From assembly GCA_023406895.1 (NCBI GenBank), contig JAEXTV010000001.1, positions 7,019-71,018 on the forward strand: DNA of 64,000 bases, given 5' to 3'. The notes below the pieces were generated by a model. That model did no database searches and was not told the origin of the DNA. It saw only the letters and a list, made by a program, of their open reading frames with translations. The stretch is from Bacillota bacterium. GTDB taxonomy: Bacteria; Bacillota; Clostridia; Christensenellales; SZUA-584. A program made the translations under genes and the position numbers. Shown piece after piece: positions 1 through 8,909 of this stretch. The stretch's first letter is position 1; the number at the start of each line of letters is the position of its first letter.

Positions 1-558
1 TGTCCAAAGCGTTTCGTTTCCGGTGGATACGCCGATCGCACCGCTCGACAGCGCGTCGATCACCTGTTTGCGCTCGGTGATGAGCCCGCCCGCAATCACG
101 GGCATGTCCACGTCCCGTGTGAATCGTTTGATCACGCTCGGGATGATGCCGGGCATCAGTTCAATCATCGATGGATGCACCTTGGCGGCTGTGCGCACGG
201 CGTTTTCATAAGAGGCGCTGTCCACCATGAAAAAACGCTGAATCGCAAATATCCCCTGATCCCGCGCGTATTTCACAAGCGCGGAGCGCGTGCTGATGAT
301 GCCGCTCGGGCTCATGCTCGTTTGAACATAGTCGAGCGCACGCGTACTTGCCGCGAGGCCGTCGATCAGGTCCATATGCAGAAATACGCGTGTGCCGTTT
401 TTTTTGGCGGTGTCCACTAGGGCTTTGGCGGAAAAGATGTCGGTATTAATGAGAAACACGTTGGGGACACCAAGGCAAAGCGCGCGTTCGAGCAACTGAC
501 GGTTCTGAACCGCAGCAATAATCGGGCTGTCCTTTACAGCCTCCACACAATCATGCAT
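1..558 (-). CDS. glpP: Glycerol-3-phosphate-responsive antiterminator, GlpP family (C-terminal end cut by window edge)
   Basis: Absent from the ORF track because there is no stop in the window. My own minus-strand translation from ATG 558 stays open for 186 codons (MHDCVEAVKDSPIIAAVQN..FLHMDLIDGL..GIISTR..IQRFFMVDS..DMPVIAGGLI..). GGAGG lies at 566-570 on the minus strand. The blocks match GlpP as I remember it. Confidence 0.7.
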   Translation of the reverse strand, partial: MHDCVEAVKDSPIIAAVQNRQLLERALCLGVPNVFLINTDIFSAKALVDTAKKNGTRVFLHMDLIDGLAASTRALDYVQTSMSPSGIISTRSALVKYARDQGIFAIQRFFMVDSASYENAVRTAAKVHPSMIELMPGIIPSVIKRFTRDVDMPVIAGGLITERKQVIDALSSGAIGVSTGNETLWT

Positions 559-657
559 GCAGGTGCCTCCTTTCTCTGATCTATGGCGTATTATATCACG
601 CTTGGCGCAGTATTTACAAAGAATATTGAAAATGTTATGATTGGCGGGGGGTGGCCT

Positions 658-1584
658 ATGAAACCACACGAATTCAGCTTTGTCTCGTCCGACGGGACGA
701 GAATTCGCGCGTACAAATGGGGCATTGAAGCTCCCAAAGCGGCCGTTCAGATTGCGCATGGCGCGATTGAACATGCCATGCGCTATGACGATTTCGCTCA
801 GGCTCTTTGTAGCCATGGTTTCGTGGTTTACGCCCAGGATCTCCGCGGCCACGGCCAAACAGCAGGTGCCGTTGAGAACGTTGCCTATTTCGGCGACGGC
901 AGCGGCGGTTTCAGCAAGGCGGTGGACGATCTTCATTGTCTTTCGCAACTCATACGTGAGGAATACCCCGGACTGCCTGTCTTTTTGCTCGGGCACAGCA
1001 TGGGCTCGCTGATGGCGCGTGTTTACGCGTCGCGTTACGGCGAGGAATTAAAGGGGCTGGTTCTTACGGGCACCGGGCGCGTCAGCGCGCCGCTGATTGC
1101 GCTGGTGCGCGGCATGGCGCGCGTGGTGATGGCGCTGCGAGGGCGAAGGCATCGGTCGCCCTTTTTGCATTCTCTCGTATTCGGCACGCTGAACAAACCG
1201 TTTAAGGGCGAAACGGGCAGCGCGTTTATCTGCTCGGACGAAGCGGTGGTGAAGGCCTACGCGGCGGACCCGTACTGCGGCAACCTATGCACGGCCGAGT
1301 TTATCTATGAGCTGCTGGGCGGCACACGCGCCGCGGCGCGCAAAGACACGTTTGCGCGGTATCCAAAAAAGCTGCCGCTTTTTATCGGTGCGGGCGAGTT
1401 CGACAGCATGGGCGGAAGCCAGTTAAAAGCCGTGAAGCAGGACGTGGCCGATTTTAAAAAAAGCGGCGTTGCCGATTTGGAATTCAAGATCTATGAAGGC
1501 ATGCGTCATGAGATACTCAACGAAAAGAATAAGCGCCGGGTGTATGAGGATATCATCGCCTGGCTGAGCAGTAAAACGGATTAG
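658..1584 (+). CDS. Alpha/beta hydrolase (lysophospholipase / monoacylglycerol-lipase-like)
   Basis: ORF 583..1584. I moved the start to ATG 658 (MKPHEFSF) behind GGGGGTGG. It has the GHSMGS nucleophile elbow and a C-terminal H in ..GMRHEILNE.., typical of this fold. Confidence 0.8.
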   Translation: MKPHEFSFVSSDGTRIRAYKWGIEAPKAAVQIAHGAIEHAMRYDDFAQALCSHGFVVYAQDLRGHGQTAGAVENVAYFGDGSGGFSKAVDDLHCLSQLIREEYPGLPVFLLGHSMGSLMARVYASRYGEELKGLVLTGTGRVSAPLIALVRGMARVVMALRGRRHRSPFLHSLVFGTLNKPFKGETGSAFICSDEAVVKAYAADPYCGNLCTAEFIYELLGGTRAAARKDTFARYPKKLPLFIGAGEFDSMGGSQLKAVKQDVADFKKSGVADLEFKIYEGMRHEILNEKNKRRVYEDIIAWLSSKTD

Positions 1585-1595
1585 AGGAGCGGGCG

Positions 1596-2720
1596 ATGAA
1601 GGAATACAAGGTCGGGATACTGGGGCTCGGCAATATCGGGCGCGTGCATGCGTATGCGGCCGGCGCGATGCCGTATCTGTACGACCTGCCATTCAGAGTC
1701 ACGCTCGGCGGCGTTTACAGCCGAACTTATGAAAAGTCGCTCGCCGCTGTGGACAAGCTTGGCTTTGAGTTTGCGGCAAAAACGCCTGAAGAGTTGATTT
1801 CGCGCAAAGACATCGATGCCATCTGTCTGTGCCTGCCAAACCACCAGCACGAAGAATTTGCGGTAAAGGCTTTGGAAGCGGGTAAGCATCTTTACTGTGA
1901 AAAGCCGCTCTGCCTTGATTACGCGGGGGCGCAAAGAATCGCCGAGGCCGCCAAAAAGTCGGGCGTGAAGGTGCAGATGGTATTTCAGAACCGGTTTTTT
2001 CCTGCCGTGATGCGTGCCAAGCAGCTGATGGATGACGGACGAATCGGACGGCTGTACAGCTTTGAGGCCAAATACTACCACGCCTCGAATATCGACCCCG
2101 ATAAGCCTTTTGGATGGCAACAATCAAAGAGCGTAGCGGGTGGCGGCACGCTGACCGATATGGGGTCGCATATCATCGATCTGGTGTCGTATCTTGGCGG
2201 CCCATATGCGCGCGTCAATGCTGCGCTTCAGACGGCTGTAACCATGAGACGTGACGGTGAGTCGCTGCGGACGGTGGAGACTGAGGACGCGGGCTATGTG
2301 ATCGCGGAGCTCAAAAACGGCGCGATGGGCACGATCGTCGCGTCTAAGCTTGCAACCGGGACCAACGACGAGCTCGCAATTCGGCTGTTCGGTGAGAAGG
2401 GTGCGCTGCGTTTTTCCACGGAGAGCCCAAACCGGCTCGAGTATTACGATAATACCGATAAAGGCGGATCTTTCGGCGGTGAAAAGGGCATCAAGCTGAT
2501 CGAGTCGTATCAGCGTTTTGATCCGCCCGGCGGATTCACGCCGCCGCCCAAAGTCGGCATTGGCTGGGTGAGAGCGCATGTGCACAGTATGTATTCGTTT
2601 CTGAGCTGTGTGCACAACGGCAAGGAATGCGATCCGTCTTTACAGGACGGTGTTTATAATCAATTTGTGCTGGAGAAGATGGCCGAATCCGCAAGGACGG
2701 GCTCTTGGATAGCGCTATAA
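1596..2720 (+). CDS. Gfo/Idh/MocA family NAD(P)-dependent oxidoreductase
   Basis: 374-aa ORF. The N-terminal Rossmann motif is VGILGLGNIGRVHA, and the EKP motif (..LYCEKPL..) is typical of the family. Confidence 0.85.
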   Translation: MKEYKVGILGLGNIGRVHAYAAGAMPYLYDLPFRVTLGGVYSRTYEKSLAAVDKLGFEFAAKTPEELISRKDIDAICLCLPNHQHEEFAVKALEAGKHLYCEKPLCLDYAGAQRIAEAAKKSGVKVQMVFQNRFFPAVMRAKQLMDDGRIGRLYSFEAKYYHASNIDPDKPFGWQQSKSVAGGGTLTDMGSHIIDLVSYLGGPYARVNAALQTAVTMRRDGESLRTVETEDAGYVIAELKNGAMGTIVASKLATGTNDELAIRLFGEKGALRFSTESPNRLEYYDNTDKGGSFGGEKGIKLIESYQRFDPPGGFTPPPKVGIGWVRAHVHSMYSFLSCVHNGKECDPSLQDGVYNQFVLEKMAESARTGSWIAL

Positions 2721-2766
2721 AAGGCAGCCTACCGGGCAGCCTATGAGCAGAAGGGAGGGGTGGCTG

Positions 2767-3087
2767 ATGCTTTTGGACGCAAATTATGACGAAAGCCAAA
2801 ACAGATGGGACGTTCATCTCTATGGTGAAGTCGATATCTATAATGCCGAGAGCTTAAAATCCGAGCTGCACGCGATGATTGATGAGAAGAAAGCGGATAT
2901 TGTTCTTGACTGTGCGAGTTTGAAGTATATTGATTCGACAGGTCTCGGTGTGTTGGTCAGTGCGCTCAAAAAGGTTAAAGAGGCAAAGAAACAAATCAGC
3001 ATTATCAACTTGAAGCCGTATATCGCCAAGATTTTCACGTTGACGGGGCTCGACAAAATCTTCTTGATCGAGGTGGATGAAACGTGA
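2767..3087 (+). CDS. STAS-domain anti-sigma-factor antagonist (RsbV/SpoIIAA-like)
   Basis: ORF 2743..3087. ATG 2767 follows GGGAGGGG. It contains the phosphorylatable-serine motif YIDSTGLGVLV. Confidence 0.85.
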   Translation: MLLDANYDESQNRWDVHLYGEVDIYNAESLKSELHAMIDEKKADIVLDCASLKYIDSTGLGVLVSALKKVKEAKKQISIINLKPYIAKIFTLTGLDKIFLIEVDET

Positions 3088-3452
3088 ACGGCGACGTCAT
3101 ACGTCTGCAATTTCCCGCCCGATCCGACTATTTGCTTGCCGTGAGGCTCGCGGTTTCCGCAGTGGCAGAACGCGTGGGCTTTGATATTGAGGATATTGAA
3201 GACTTAAAGGTCGCGAGCGCCGAGGCGTGCACATTGCTGCTGTCGGCAGGGGCTCGGCAGATCGATATCACCCTCACGGTTCAAGGTGGTCTGGAAATTT
3301 TGTTTGAGGCACAGGGCAGCACGAAGGAAATCTCTGAGGATTCCGACGGCTTGAGCCAATACCTTCTCAATGCGCTGGTGGATACGTGCGAGATAGCCAG
3401 TGACGGCGGCGCGGTAAAAAGCGTTCGCCTTCAAAAAGCATTTTTGTTGTGA
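3084..3452 (+). CDS. RsbW/SpoIIAB-like anti-sigma factor with degenerate ATP-binding motifs (putative pseudokinase)
   Basis: 122-aa ORF whose GTG start overlaps the upstream stop (GTGA). The N-terminal half shows the family pattern (LQFPARSDYLLAVRLAVSAVAERVGFDIEDIEDLKVASAEACT). The N-box Asn is Leu (EACTLLL), and no DxGxG or GxGxG boxes are visible. Confidence 0.7.
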   Translation: MNGDVIRLQFPARSDYLLAVRLAVSAVAERVGFDIEDIEDLKVASAEACTLLLSAGARQIDITLTVQGGLEILFEAQGSTKEISEDSDGLSQYLLNALVDTCEIASDGGAVKSVRLQKAFLL

Positions 3453-3487
3453 TATTTTCCCGAAAAGCGCTGCTTTAGGGGGTTATT

Positions 3488-4243
3488 TTGGGGATTATTA
3501 TGAGTGAGCGGTGGGCGAATCTCGATGAACAGGCGCTTTTTGAGTGCTATGAGAAAAGCCGTGACGAGACACTGAGAAACTTCATACTGGAGAAATACTT
3601 ATACATTGCCGAAATTGTCGCCAAGAAATTTGTGGGCAGAGGCGTGGAATTCGACGACCTGTTTCAGGTGGCGTCGCTCGCGTTGGTGAAGGCTCTGGAC
3701 AGATACGAAAGCGCGCGCGGTGTGAAATTTGCGAGTTTTGCGACACCGACGCTCGTGGGTGAAATCAAGAATTATTTTCGCGATAAAACGCGGATGATTC
3801 GCATTTCACGGCGTGAAAGTGAAATGATCAGAAAGCTCGACGAGGCGAGAAGTGTTCTCTCTGCGAAGATGGGGCATGGTGCGACGCCGGAGAATATTGC
3901 GGAATATTTAACGTTGAGCGTCGAGCGCGTTCTCGAACTGATGGAAGCACAATCGGCCGGGTACGCAGCTTCTCTTGACAATTACATTGCGCTCAATGAG
4001 GATACGAAGTTTATTAAATTGGTTGGCAGCACAGACAACGCGTATGAAAAGATTGAAGACAGGGACTATCTTGCCTATTGCTTTGAGCATCTGAGCGAAA
4101 TCGAAAGACAGGTTATCCAGCAGCGATACGAGAATGACTTGAGTCAGCGCGAAGTGGCGGCGATGCTTGGCGTTTCACAAATGTACATCTCGCGTATCGA
4201 GCGGAGGATACTTGTCAAGTTTAGAAATTTCTATGAAAAATAG
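3488..4243 (+). CDS. Group-3 sigma-70 family sigma factor, SigB/SigF type
   Basis: 251-aa ORF. The region 2 block FASFATPTLVGEIKNYFRDKTR and the region 4.2 HTH block SQREVAAMLGVSQMYISRIERRIL look closest to SigB-type by eye. The start is TTG 3488 or ATG 3500. Confidence 0.85.
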   Translation: MGIIMSERWANLDEQALFECYEKSRDETLRNFILEKYLYIAEIVAKKFVGRGVEFDDLFQVASLALVKALDRYESARGVKFASFATPTLVGEIKNYFRDKTRMIRISRRESEMIRKLDEARSVLSAKMGHGATPENIAEYLTLSVERVLELMEAQSAGYAASLDNYIALNEDTKFIKLVGSTDNAYEKIEDRDYLAYCFEHLSEIERQVIQQRYENDLSQREVAAMLGVSQMYISRIERRILVKFRNFYEK

Positions 4244-4287
4244 GTTTAGATGCCTTCTGTAATGGGTATATAGATGTAAGAAGCACG

Positions 4288-4737
4288 GTGTGCGCTATAA
4301 GAAGCGGCATGATATTGTGTGCTTCTTGGTGTCTTTGTATGGATTATGCGAGCCGGTATGTGCTTACATCGATCGATGATATAAAAAGAGTGGTCAGCGG
4401 TGTGCTGGCCGGCGTGGAAAAGCACAGACCGCTTAACGAAGAATACAGATATAATATTTCTTTGATCATCAATGAGCTTTTGGTCAACTGCTTTGTGCAT
4501 GCGAAGCCATCGAAAACATCGCCGGTGATATTTAAAGCGGGAATCAGGAACGGATATCTCGTGATCAGCGTCACAGATTCGGGCGGCGGCTTTGAATATG
4601 AGAAAGTCTGCCCGGGCATGAGCGGTGATATGCTGCTCAAAGAACGCGGCAGGGGTCTCACGCTCGTGCGTGCGCTGTGTCAGGAAATCAGCTATAACAG
4701 CGTCGGCAACAGCGTGGAAGTGAAAATTGCGATTTGA
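4288..4737 (+). CDS. HATPase_c-type anti-sigma-factor serine kinase (RsbW/SpoIIAB-like, motifs intact)
   Basis: ORF 4288..4737. It has an N-box (INELLVNCFVHA), a G1 box (DSGGGF) and a G2 box (ERGRGLTL). The start is uncertain (GTG 4288, ATG 4309 or ATG 4339) and no strong SD is present. Confidence 0.7.
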   Translation: MCAIRSGMILCASWCLCMDYASRYVLTSIDDIKRVVSGVLAGVEKHRPLNEEYRYNISLIINELLVNCFVHAKPSKTSPVIFKAGIRNGYLVISVTDSGGGFEYEKVCPGMSGDMLLKERGRGLTLVRALCQEISYNSVGNSVEVKIAI

Positions 4738-4851
4738 CAAATTCCTTCCCGGCGATACGGGCGGATTCGTGTTTTTTCTATCATCATATACAAAGGAGTT
4801 TTAATGGCTGCGGAGAAATATTAATAGATAAGCGCCTTGGAAGGGGATTGA

Positions 4852-6033
4852 ATGGCAGTCAGGCGAAAACCGAAAACAAAGTTTTATCTGGTGCTCACCG
4901 GCATCGTTGCCGCCGTTGCGGTTATACTGATACTGCTGCTGAGCCCGCCGCGAATGGCTTTGGTGGAGATAGCCAAAGCGGAATTCGATCAGAGTTACGA
5001 TATGCTCATCGTGCGCGATGAGGTGGTATACGAAGCGAGAAACTACGGCAAGACGAAATATATCGCAGTGGAAGGGCAGGCAGTGAATGTTGGAGACCCC
5101 ATCATCGAGGTGTACAAATGGGGATACAACGATGAAACGCTCTCCAAACTGCTGGAGCTTCAAAAGAAGATCATGACGTATCAGACCGAGGTCATTCGGG
5201 CGGGAGTTATCGACGATACGTTGAAGGATATCAACAACCGGATCAGTGCCAAAGCAGCAGAAATACAGCAGGCCGTGTTTGATAAGCATTCATCCGTGCT
5301 GCTGTCTCTCGAACGCGACATGGAATCGCTGCTGAGTGAGCGAATGGCGCATTTGCGTGAGGTGACGGCACCGGATAATCAGCTTAGGGATTACTATACG
5401 CAGGAATCCGAGCTGCTCGAGCTTTTTGCATCGTGGCGCAGCCCGCTTGCCGCCAACGAGGGCGGTATTGTAAGCTTTTATTTCGACGGATGCGAAGCGC
5501 TGATGAACAAGCAGAACATTGGCAGCTTTACGCGGGATGTGCTGGAAGAGGTGCTGGACGGAAAGACGGTGGAGACCCCCGAAAAAGAGCAGGGCTCTGC
5601 GCCGCTTTATCGCGTTGTCAACGGTAACGAATGGTATGTGGTGCTGCTGTCCGACAAGAAGATACCCGAGATGCATCTTGGCAACACCTTTTCCATCATC
5701 TTTGAAGATTATTTGGACAACAAGTATACAGGCGTTGTTTCCGATGTAGAGGAGCTTGCGAAAAACGACGGATATGTGTATACTATCATGATACAGGATA
5801 ATATTGGTCCCCTGCTCGGAGAACGGCGGGTGACGGCGCGGCTTTACGGTGTACAGGAAAGCTACAGTCTTCCCAAAGGCTGCGTGAAGAAAACGGAAGA
5901 TATCAATTATGTGGAATCAGCGGGCGGTGAGTATATCCCGGTGCTGATAGTGGCGGATAAGGGCGATACAGTACTCGTCCAAACGTATGAGGGACAGCCT
6001 GGCCTTCAAGTTGGCCAGCAGATTAAATGGTAG
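4852..6033 (+). CDS. Single-pass membrane protein with HlyD/biotinyl-lipoyl-like barrel-sandwich region
   Basis: 393-aa ORF. A basic N-terminus is followed by one TM helix (FYLVLTGIVAAVAVILILLL). A lipoyl-like hairpin (VEGQAVNVGDPIIEV) and a long predicted coiled-coil stretch follow. Confidence 0.6.
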   Translation: MAVRRKPKTKFYLVLTGIVAAVAVILILLLSPPRMALVEIAKAEFDQSYDMLIVRDEVVYEARNYGKTKYIAVEGQAVNVGDPIIEVYKWGYNDETLSKLLELQKKIMTYQTEVIRAGVIDDTLKDINNRISAKAAEIQQAVFDKHSSVLLSLERDMESLLSERMAHLREVTAPDNQLRDYYTQESELLELFASWRSPLAANEGGIVSFYFDGCEALMNKQNIGSFTRDVLEEVLDGKTVETPEKEQGSAPLYRVVNGNEWYVVLLSDKKIPEMHLGNTFSIIFEDYLDNKYTGVVSDVEELAKNDGYVYTIMIQDNIGPLLGERRVTARLYGVQESYSLPKGCVKKTEDINYVESAGGEYIPVLIVADKGDTVLVQTYEGQPGLQVGQQIKW

Positions 6034-6052
6034 ACATCAAATGGAGTCGTCA

Positions 6053-6736
6053 ATGACTGATATCGCGAAGAACTTCGCAATAATTGAAGAAAGGGTTGAT
6101 GCCAGCGCAAAAAAAACAGGGAGAAGCCGAAGCGATATTACGATCGTAGCGGTCAGCAAAACGGTGGGCGCCGATACCGTTGGACAGGCTGTAGAGGCCG
6201 GCATACGGGACTTTGGCGAAAACTATGTTCAGGAGTATCTTAAAAAACGTGAGGTGTTGCAAGATACACTCAACTGGCATATCATCGGGCCGCTGCAGAC
6301 GAATAAAGTGAAGTATATCCTTAACGGGGTGTGCTTGCTGCATTCGCTGGACAGGCTTATCCTCGCGCAGGAGATTCAGAAACAGTGCGAAAAAAATGGC
6401 ACGGAATTCTCTGCGCTTGTGCAGCTCAATATTGGCAAAGAACCGACAAAGTCGGGCATATTTGAAGAGGATCTGGAGCGTTTTTTGCAGGACGTGTCTG
6501 TAATGAGGAGGATCCGTTTAAAAGGGCTGATGGCGATTCCGCCGGCGGCTGTTAAAGCGGATGATAACAGGCCGTATTTCGAGAAAATGCGAAAACTTTT
6601 CGACCGTTACAAAAACGAGTATGCCGGCTTTGAATACCTGTCTATGGGTATGTCGGATGATTTTGAAGCTGCAATAGAAGAAGGCTCAAATGTGGTCAGG
6701 ATTGGGACGGCTGTATTTGGAGCGAGGTCAAATTAA
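6053..6736 (+). CDS. yggS: YggS/YlmE family pyridoxal-phosphate homeostasis protein
   Basis: ORF 5987..6736. The start is set at ATG 6053 behind GGAG. It contains VAVSKT (PLP lysine), GENYVQE, HxIGxLQxNK and GMSxDF blocks. Confidence 0.85.
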   Translation: MTDIAKNFAIIEERVDASAKKTGRSRSDITIVAVSKTVGADTVGQAVEAGIRDFGENYVQEYLKKREVLQDTLNWHIIGPLQTNKVKYILNGVCLLHSLDRLILAQEIQKQCEKNGTEFSALVQLNIGKEPTKSGIFEEDLERFLQDVSVMRRIRLKGLMAIPPAAVKADDNRPYFEKMRKLFDRYKNEYAGFEYLSMGMSDDFEAAIEEGSNVVRIGTAVFGARSN

Positions 6737-6760
6737 AAATTTACAGGGGGTTACAATATT

Positions 6761-7231
6761 ATGGCGAGAGGTTTTTTTAACCGTATTTTAGATGCGGTTG
6801 GTCTTGAAGAGGAAGAATACGAGGGCGAAGAGATGATGGACGAAGACGACGGCTTCTACGAGGAAGAGATGGAAGAGCCGGAAGAGCAGCGGTCTCCGCG
6901 GAGACGTCAGCAGCAGCAGCCCAAGGTGGTTGGTCTTCCGAATTCAGCTGCCAAAATGCGTATGCTGGTTTTTCAGCCGAGCAGTTACGAGGAAGCTGAA
7001 TGCATCATCGACAATTTAAAGGCCAGAAAACCCGTGATTATGAATCTGGATGATCTTGAGGTGGAACTTGGCCAACGGATTTTGGATTTTGTCGGCGGCG
7101 CGGTTTATTCGCTGAATGGAGACATAAAAAAGGTGGCAAGAAGCATTTTTGTGGTGGCTCCGTCCAACGTGGATGTATCGCAGAATGTGGATGACCGCGG
7201 CAGCCGTGAAGGATTTAGAAGATTTGATTGA
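6761..7231 (+). CDS. sepF: Cell division protein SepF
   Basis: 156 aa. The N-terminal amphipathic MARGFFNRILDAVGL is followed by an acidic linker and a conserved core (MRMLVFQPSSYEEAECIIDNLKARKPVIMNLDDL..GGAVYSLNGDIKKV). Confidence 0.9.
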   Translation: MARGFFNRILDAVGLEEEEYEGEEMMDEDDGFYEEEMEEPEEQRSPRRRQQQQPKVVGLPNSAAKMRMLVFQPSSYEEAECIIDNLKARKPVIMNLDDLEVELGQRILDFVGGAVYSLNGDIKKVARSIFVVAPSNVDVSQNVDDRGSREGFRRFD

Positions 7232-7348
7232 TTTTTATATGTGCTTTAAGCGACATGCCGCAAGGAAAACCTTGTGGCATGTCGTGTATAGCATGGTGTT
7301 TATTGGAGACATTAAGCATATGAAAGTCTGTGGAAAGGGGTAAATTCC

Positions 7349-8176
7349 GTGCCTTTAACCGTTAAAGATATACTCGAAAAAACGTTTAAAAGGTCTTTTA
7401 AGGGATACGACGAGGACGAGGTCGATAAGTTTTTGGATCAGATTATCGACGAGTTCAAAGCGCTTCAAAGCGAGCTGGCTTCCGTGAAAGATGAGTTGAC
7501 CACAGTAAGGGAAAACGCCGGGAAAGTCAAGCATTCGGAAGAGACCATTATGAATACGCTCGTCAGTGCACAGAAAACATCGGAGCACATCGTGAACGAT
7601 GCCAAGCGCAAGGCTGAAATGATTATCAGCAGCGCAGAAGCCACTGCCAGACAGAAGAGCGAACAGACGATGCGCGATCTGGAAGAAGCAAGGTCGAAAA
7701 TTGATGAGCTTAAAAGCTGTGCCCAAGGGTTTGCGGCCAGCTTCGCGAACATGGTCAATACGCAGGCGGCTTATTTTGAAAAGACATACAGAAGCTATTT
7801 CGGGCAGGATTTTGCGCCGCTTGGCGGCATCAATATGGATGCGCTCGAAAAGATCGATAAAGATATCGCGCGGAGTCTGGAGGATATGACCGTATCCGAA
7901 GAAGGTGCTGAGAGTGAGCCGCAAAGCGCAAACGATGTGAACGGTGCCGACGACAAGGACGGCTACATGGAGCTTTTTGAAATTAATAAAAAGCTCAGCG
8001 ATATAGAGAATGTGGACTACACGCCCGAGAGTGAAAACGAGCCGGAAGCCAAGCCTTACGGGGATTATTCATGGATCTATGAGAGTGACGGCCCGCCACC
8101 GGATGAAGAGACGACCATACTCGAACCCAAGGATAAGGAAGAATTAAAATCACTGATTGAAGAGATCATTGAATGA
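7349..8176 (+). CDS. divIVA: DivIVA domain-containing protein
   Basis: GTG start behind AAGGGG. The canonical N-terminus is MPLTVKDILEKTFKRSFKGYDEDEVDKFLDQIIDEF. A coiled coil and an acidic C-terminal extension follow. Confidence 0.9.
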   Translation: MPLTVKDILEKTFKRSFKGYDEDEVDKFLDQIIDEFKALQSELASVKDELTTVRENAGKVKHSEETIMNTLVSAQKTSEHIVNDAKRKAEMIISSAEATARQKSEQTMRDLEEARSKIDELKSCAQGFAASFANMVNTQAAYFEKTYRSYFGQDFAPLGGINMDALEKIDKDIARSLEDMTVSEEGAESEPQSANDVNGADDKDGYMELFEINKKLSDIENVDYTPESENEPEAKPYGDYSWIYESDGPPPDEETTILEPKDKEELKSLIEEIIE

Positions 8177-8306
8177 GCCTTTAAGAAGGCCTTGACGAAA
8201 ACACTGCGCTCCAAAAAGATGGTAATATGGTTCGACATGCCGTATGGATTGGCCGATCTAAAGCACTTTTCTTAGGCCGCCTCGCGATGTTTTTTTGACA
8301 CGATGA

Positions 8307-8335
8307 CAGCTTATCATTATGATGAGCTGTTTTTA
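8307..8335 (+). terminator. Rho-independent terminator after divIVA
   Basis: CAGCTTATCAT / ATGATGAGCTG inverted repeat (10 of 11 positions pair) followed by TTTTTATTT. Confidence 0.6.
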
Positions 8336-8465
8336 TTTGTCCAAACCGACATAAATGTATGATTCTGCGGGATACATCCACACTAATCTAAAGAAGGACG
8401 TTCACGTAAACAATGGTTAATCAGCGTTTACACAAAACGAAGGCATATGAAATAAGAGGATCACA

Positions 8466-8762
8466 ATGCGCAGAAGAAAAACCATGTGCAGTATGGAGAA
8501 ACGTTTGAATGAGCTGTCGCTGATGCTGGAGAAGCTCAAGCTTGCAGATTATCTCATCCATCTCAATAACACCAAACGCATGATCTGGGTCAGCTTTCTC
8601 GGCGGCCTCGCAAGAGGGCTTGGCCTCGCCGTCGGGTTTACGTTGCTGGGCGCACTGGTTATTTACCTTCTCCAGCAGTCTTTCCTAAACAATCTGCCGG
8701 TGATCGGTGATTTTATTGCCGATATTGTGGAAATTGCAAACGAAAGATTGAAGCTGCGTTAA
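8466..8762 (+). CDS. Small two-TM membrane protein (DUF5665-like)
   Basis: 98-aa ORF with ATG behind AAGAGGA. Hydrophobic segments are IWVSFLGGLARGLGLAVGFTLLGALVIYLL. The family assignment is from memory only. Confidence 0.6.
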   Translation: MRRRKTMCSMEKRLNELSLMLEKLKLADYLIHLNNTKRMIWVSFLGGLARGLGLAVGFTLLGALVIYLLQQSFLNNLPVIGDFIADIVEIANERLKLR

Positions 8763-8825
8763 TGTAAAATACGCGGCAGATTAGGAGTGTATACAGCCCG
8801 TAACACGGAATTCACAATCTTTCAA

Positions 8826-8853
8826 TTGAAATATTTACAGGGTTTGCTATAAT
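8826..8853 (+). promoter_or_regulatory. Sigma-A-type promoter (TTGAAA-16-TGcTATAAT) for the GT4 gene
   Basis: TTGAAA 8826-8831, a 16-nt spacer ending in TGc, and TATAAT 8848-8853. Confidence 0.6.
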
Positions 8854-8909
8854 GGTGTGGGCTCATTAAATGATAATACAATAACGCAGCAATTCTAGGA
8901 GGCTATTCA

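Noticed and set aside
8177-8306. About 130 nt between the divIVA stop and its terminator, including a GGTTCGA string (tRNA T-loop-like) at about 8229
   Set aside because: No acceptor, D or anticodon arms can be drawn around it, so it is not a tRNA. There is no clear promoter (the TTGACG at about 8199 has no properly spaced -10). It is probably just the 3' UTR.
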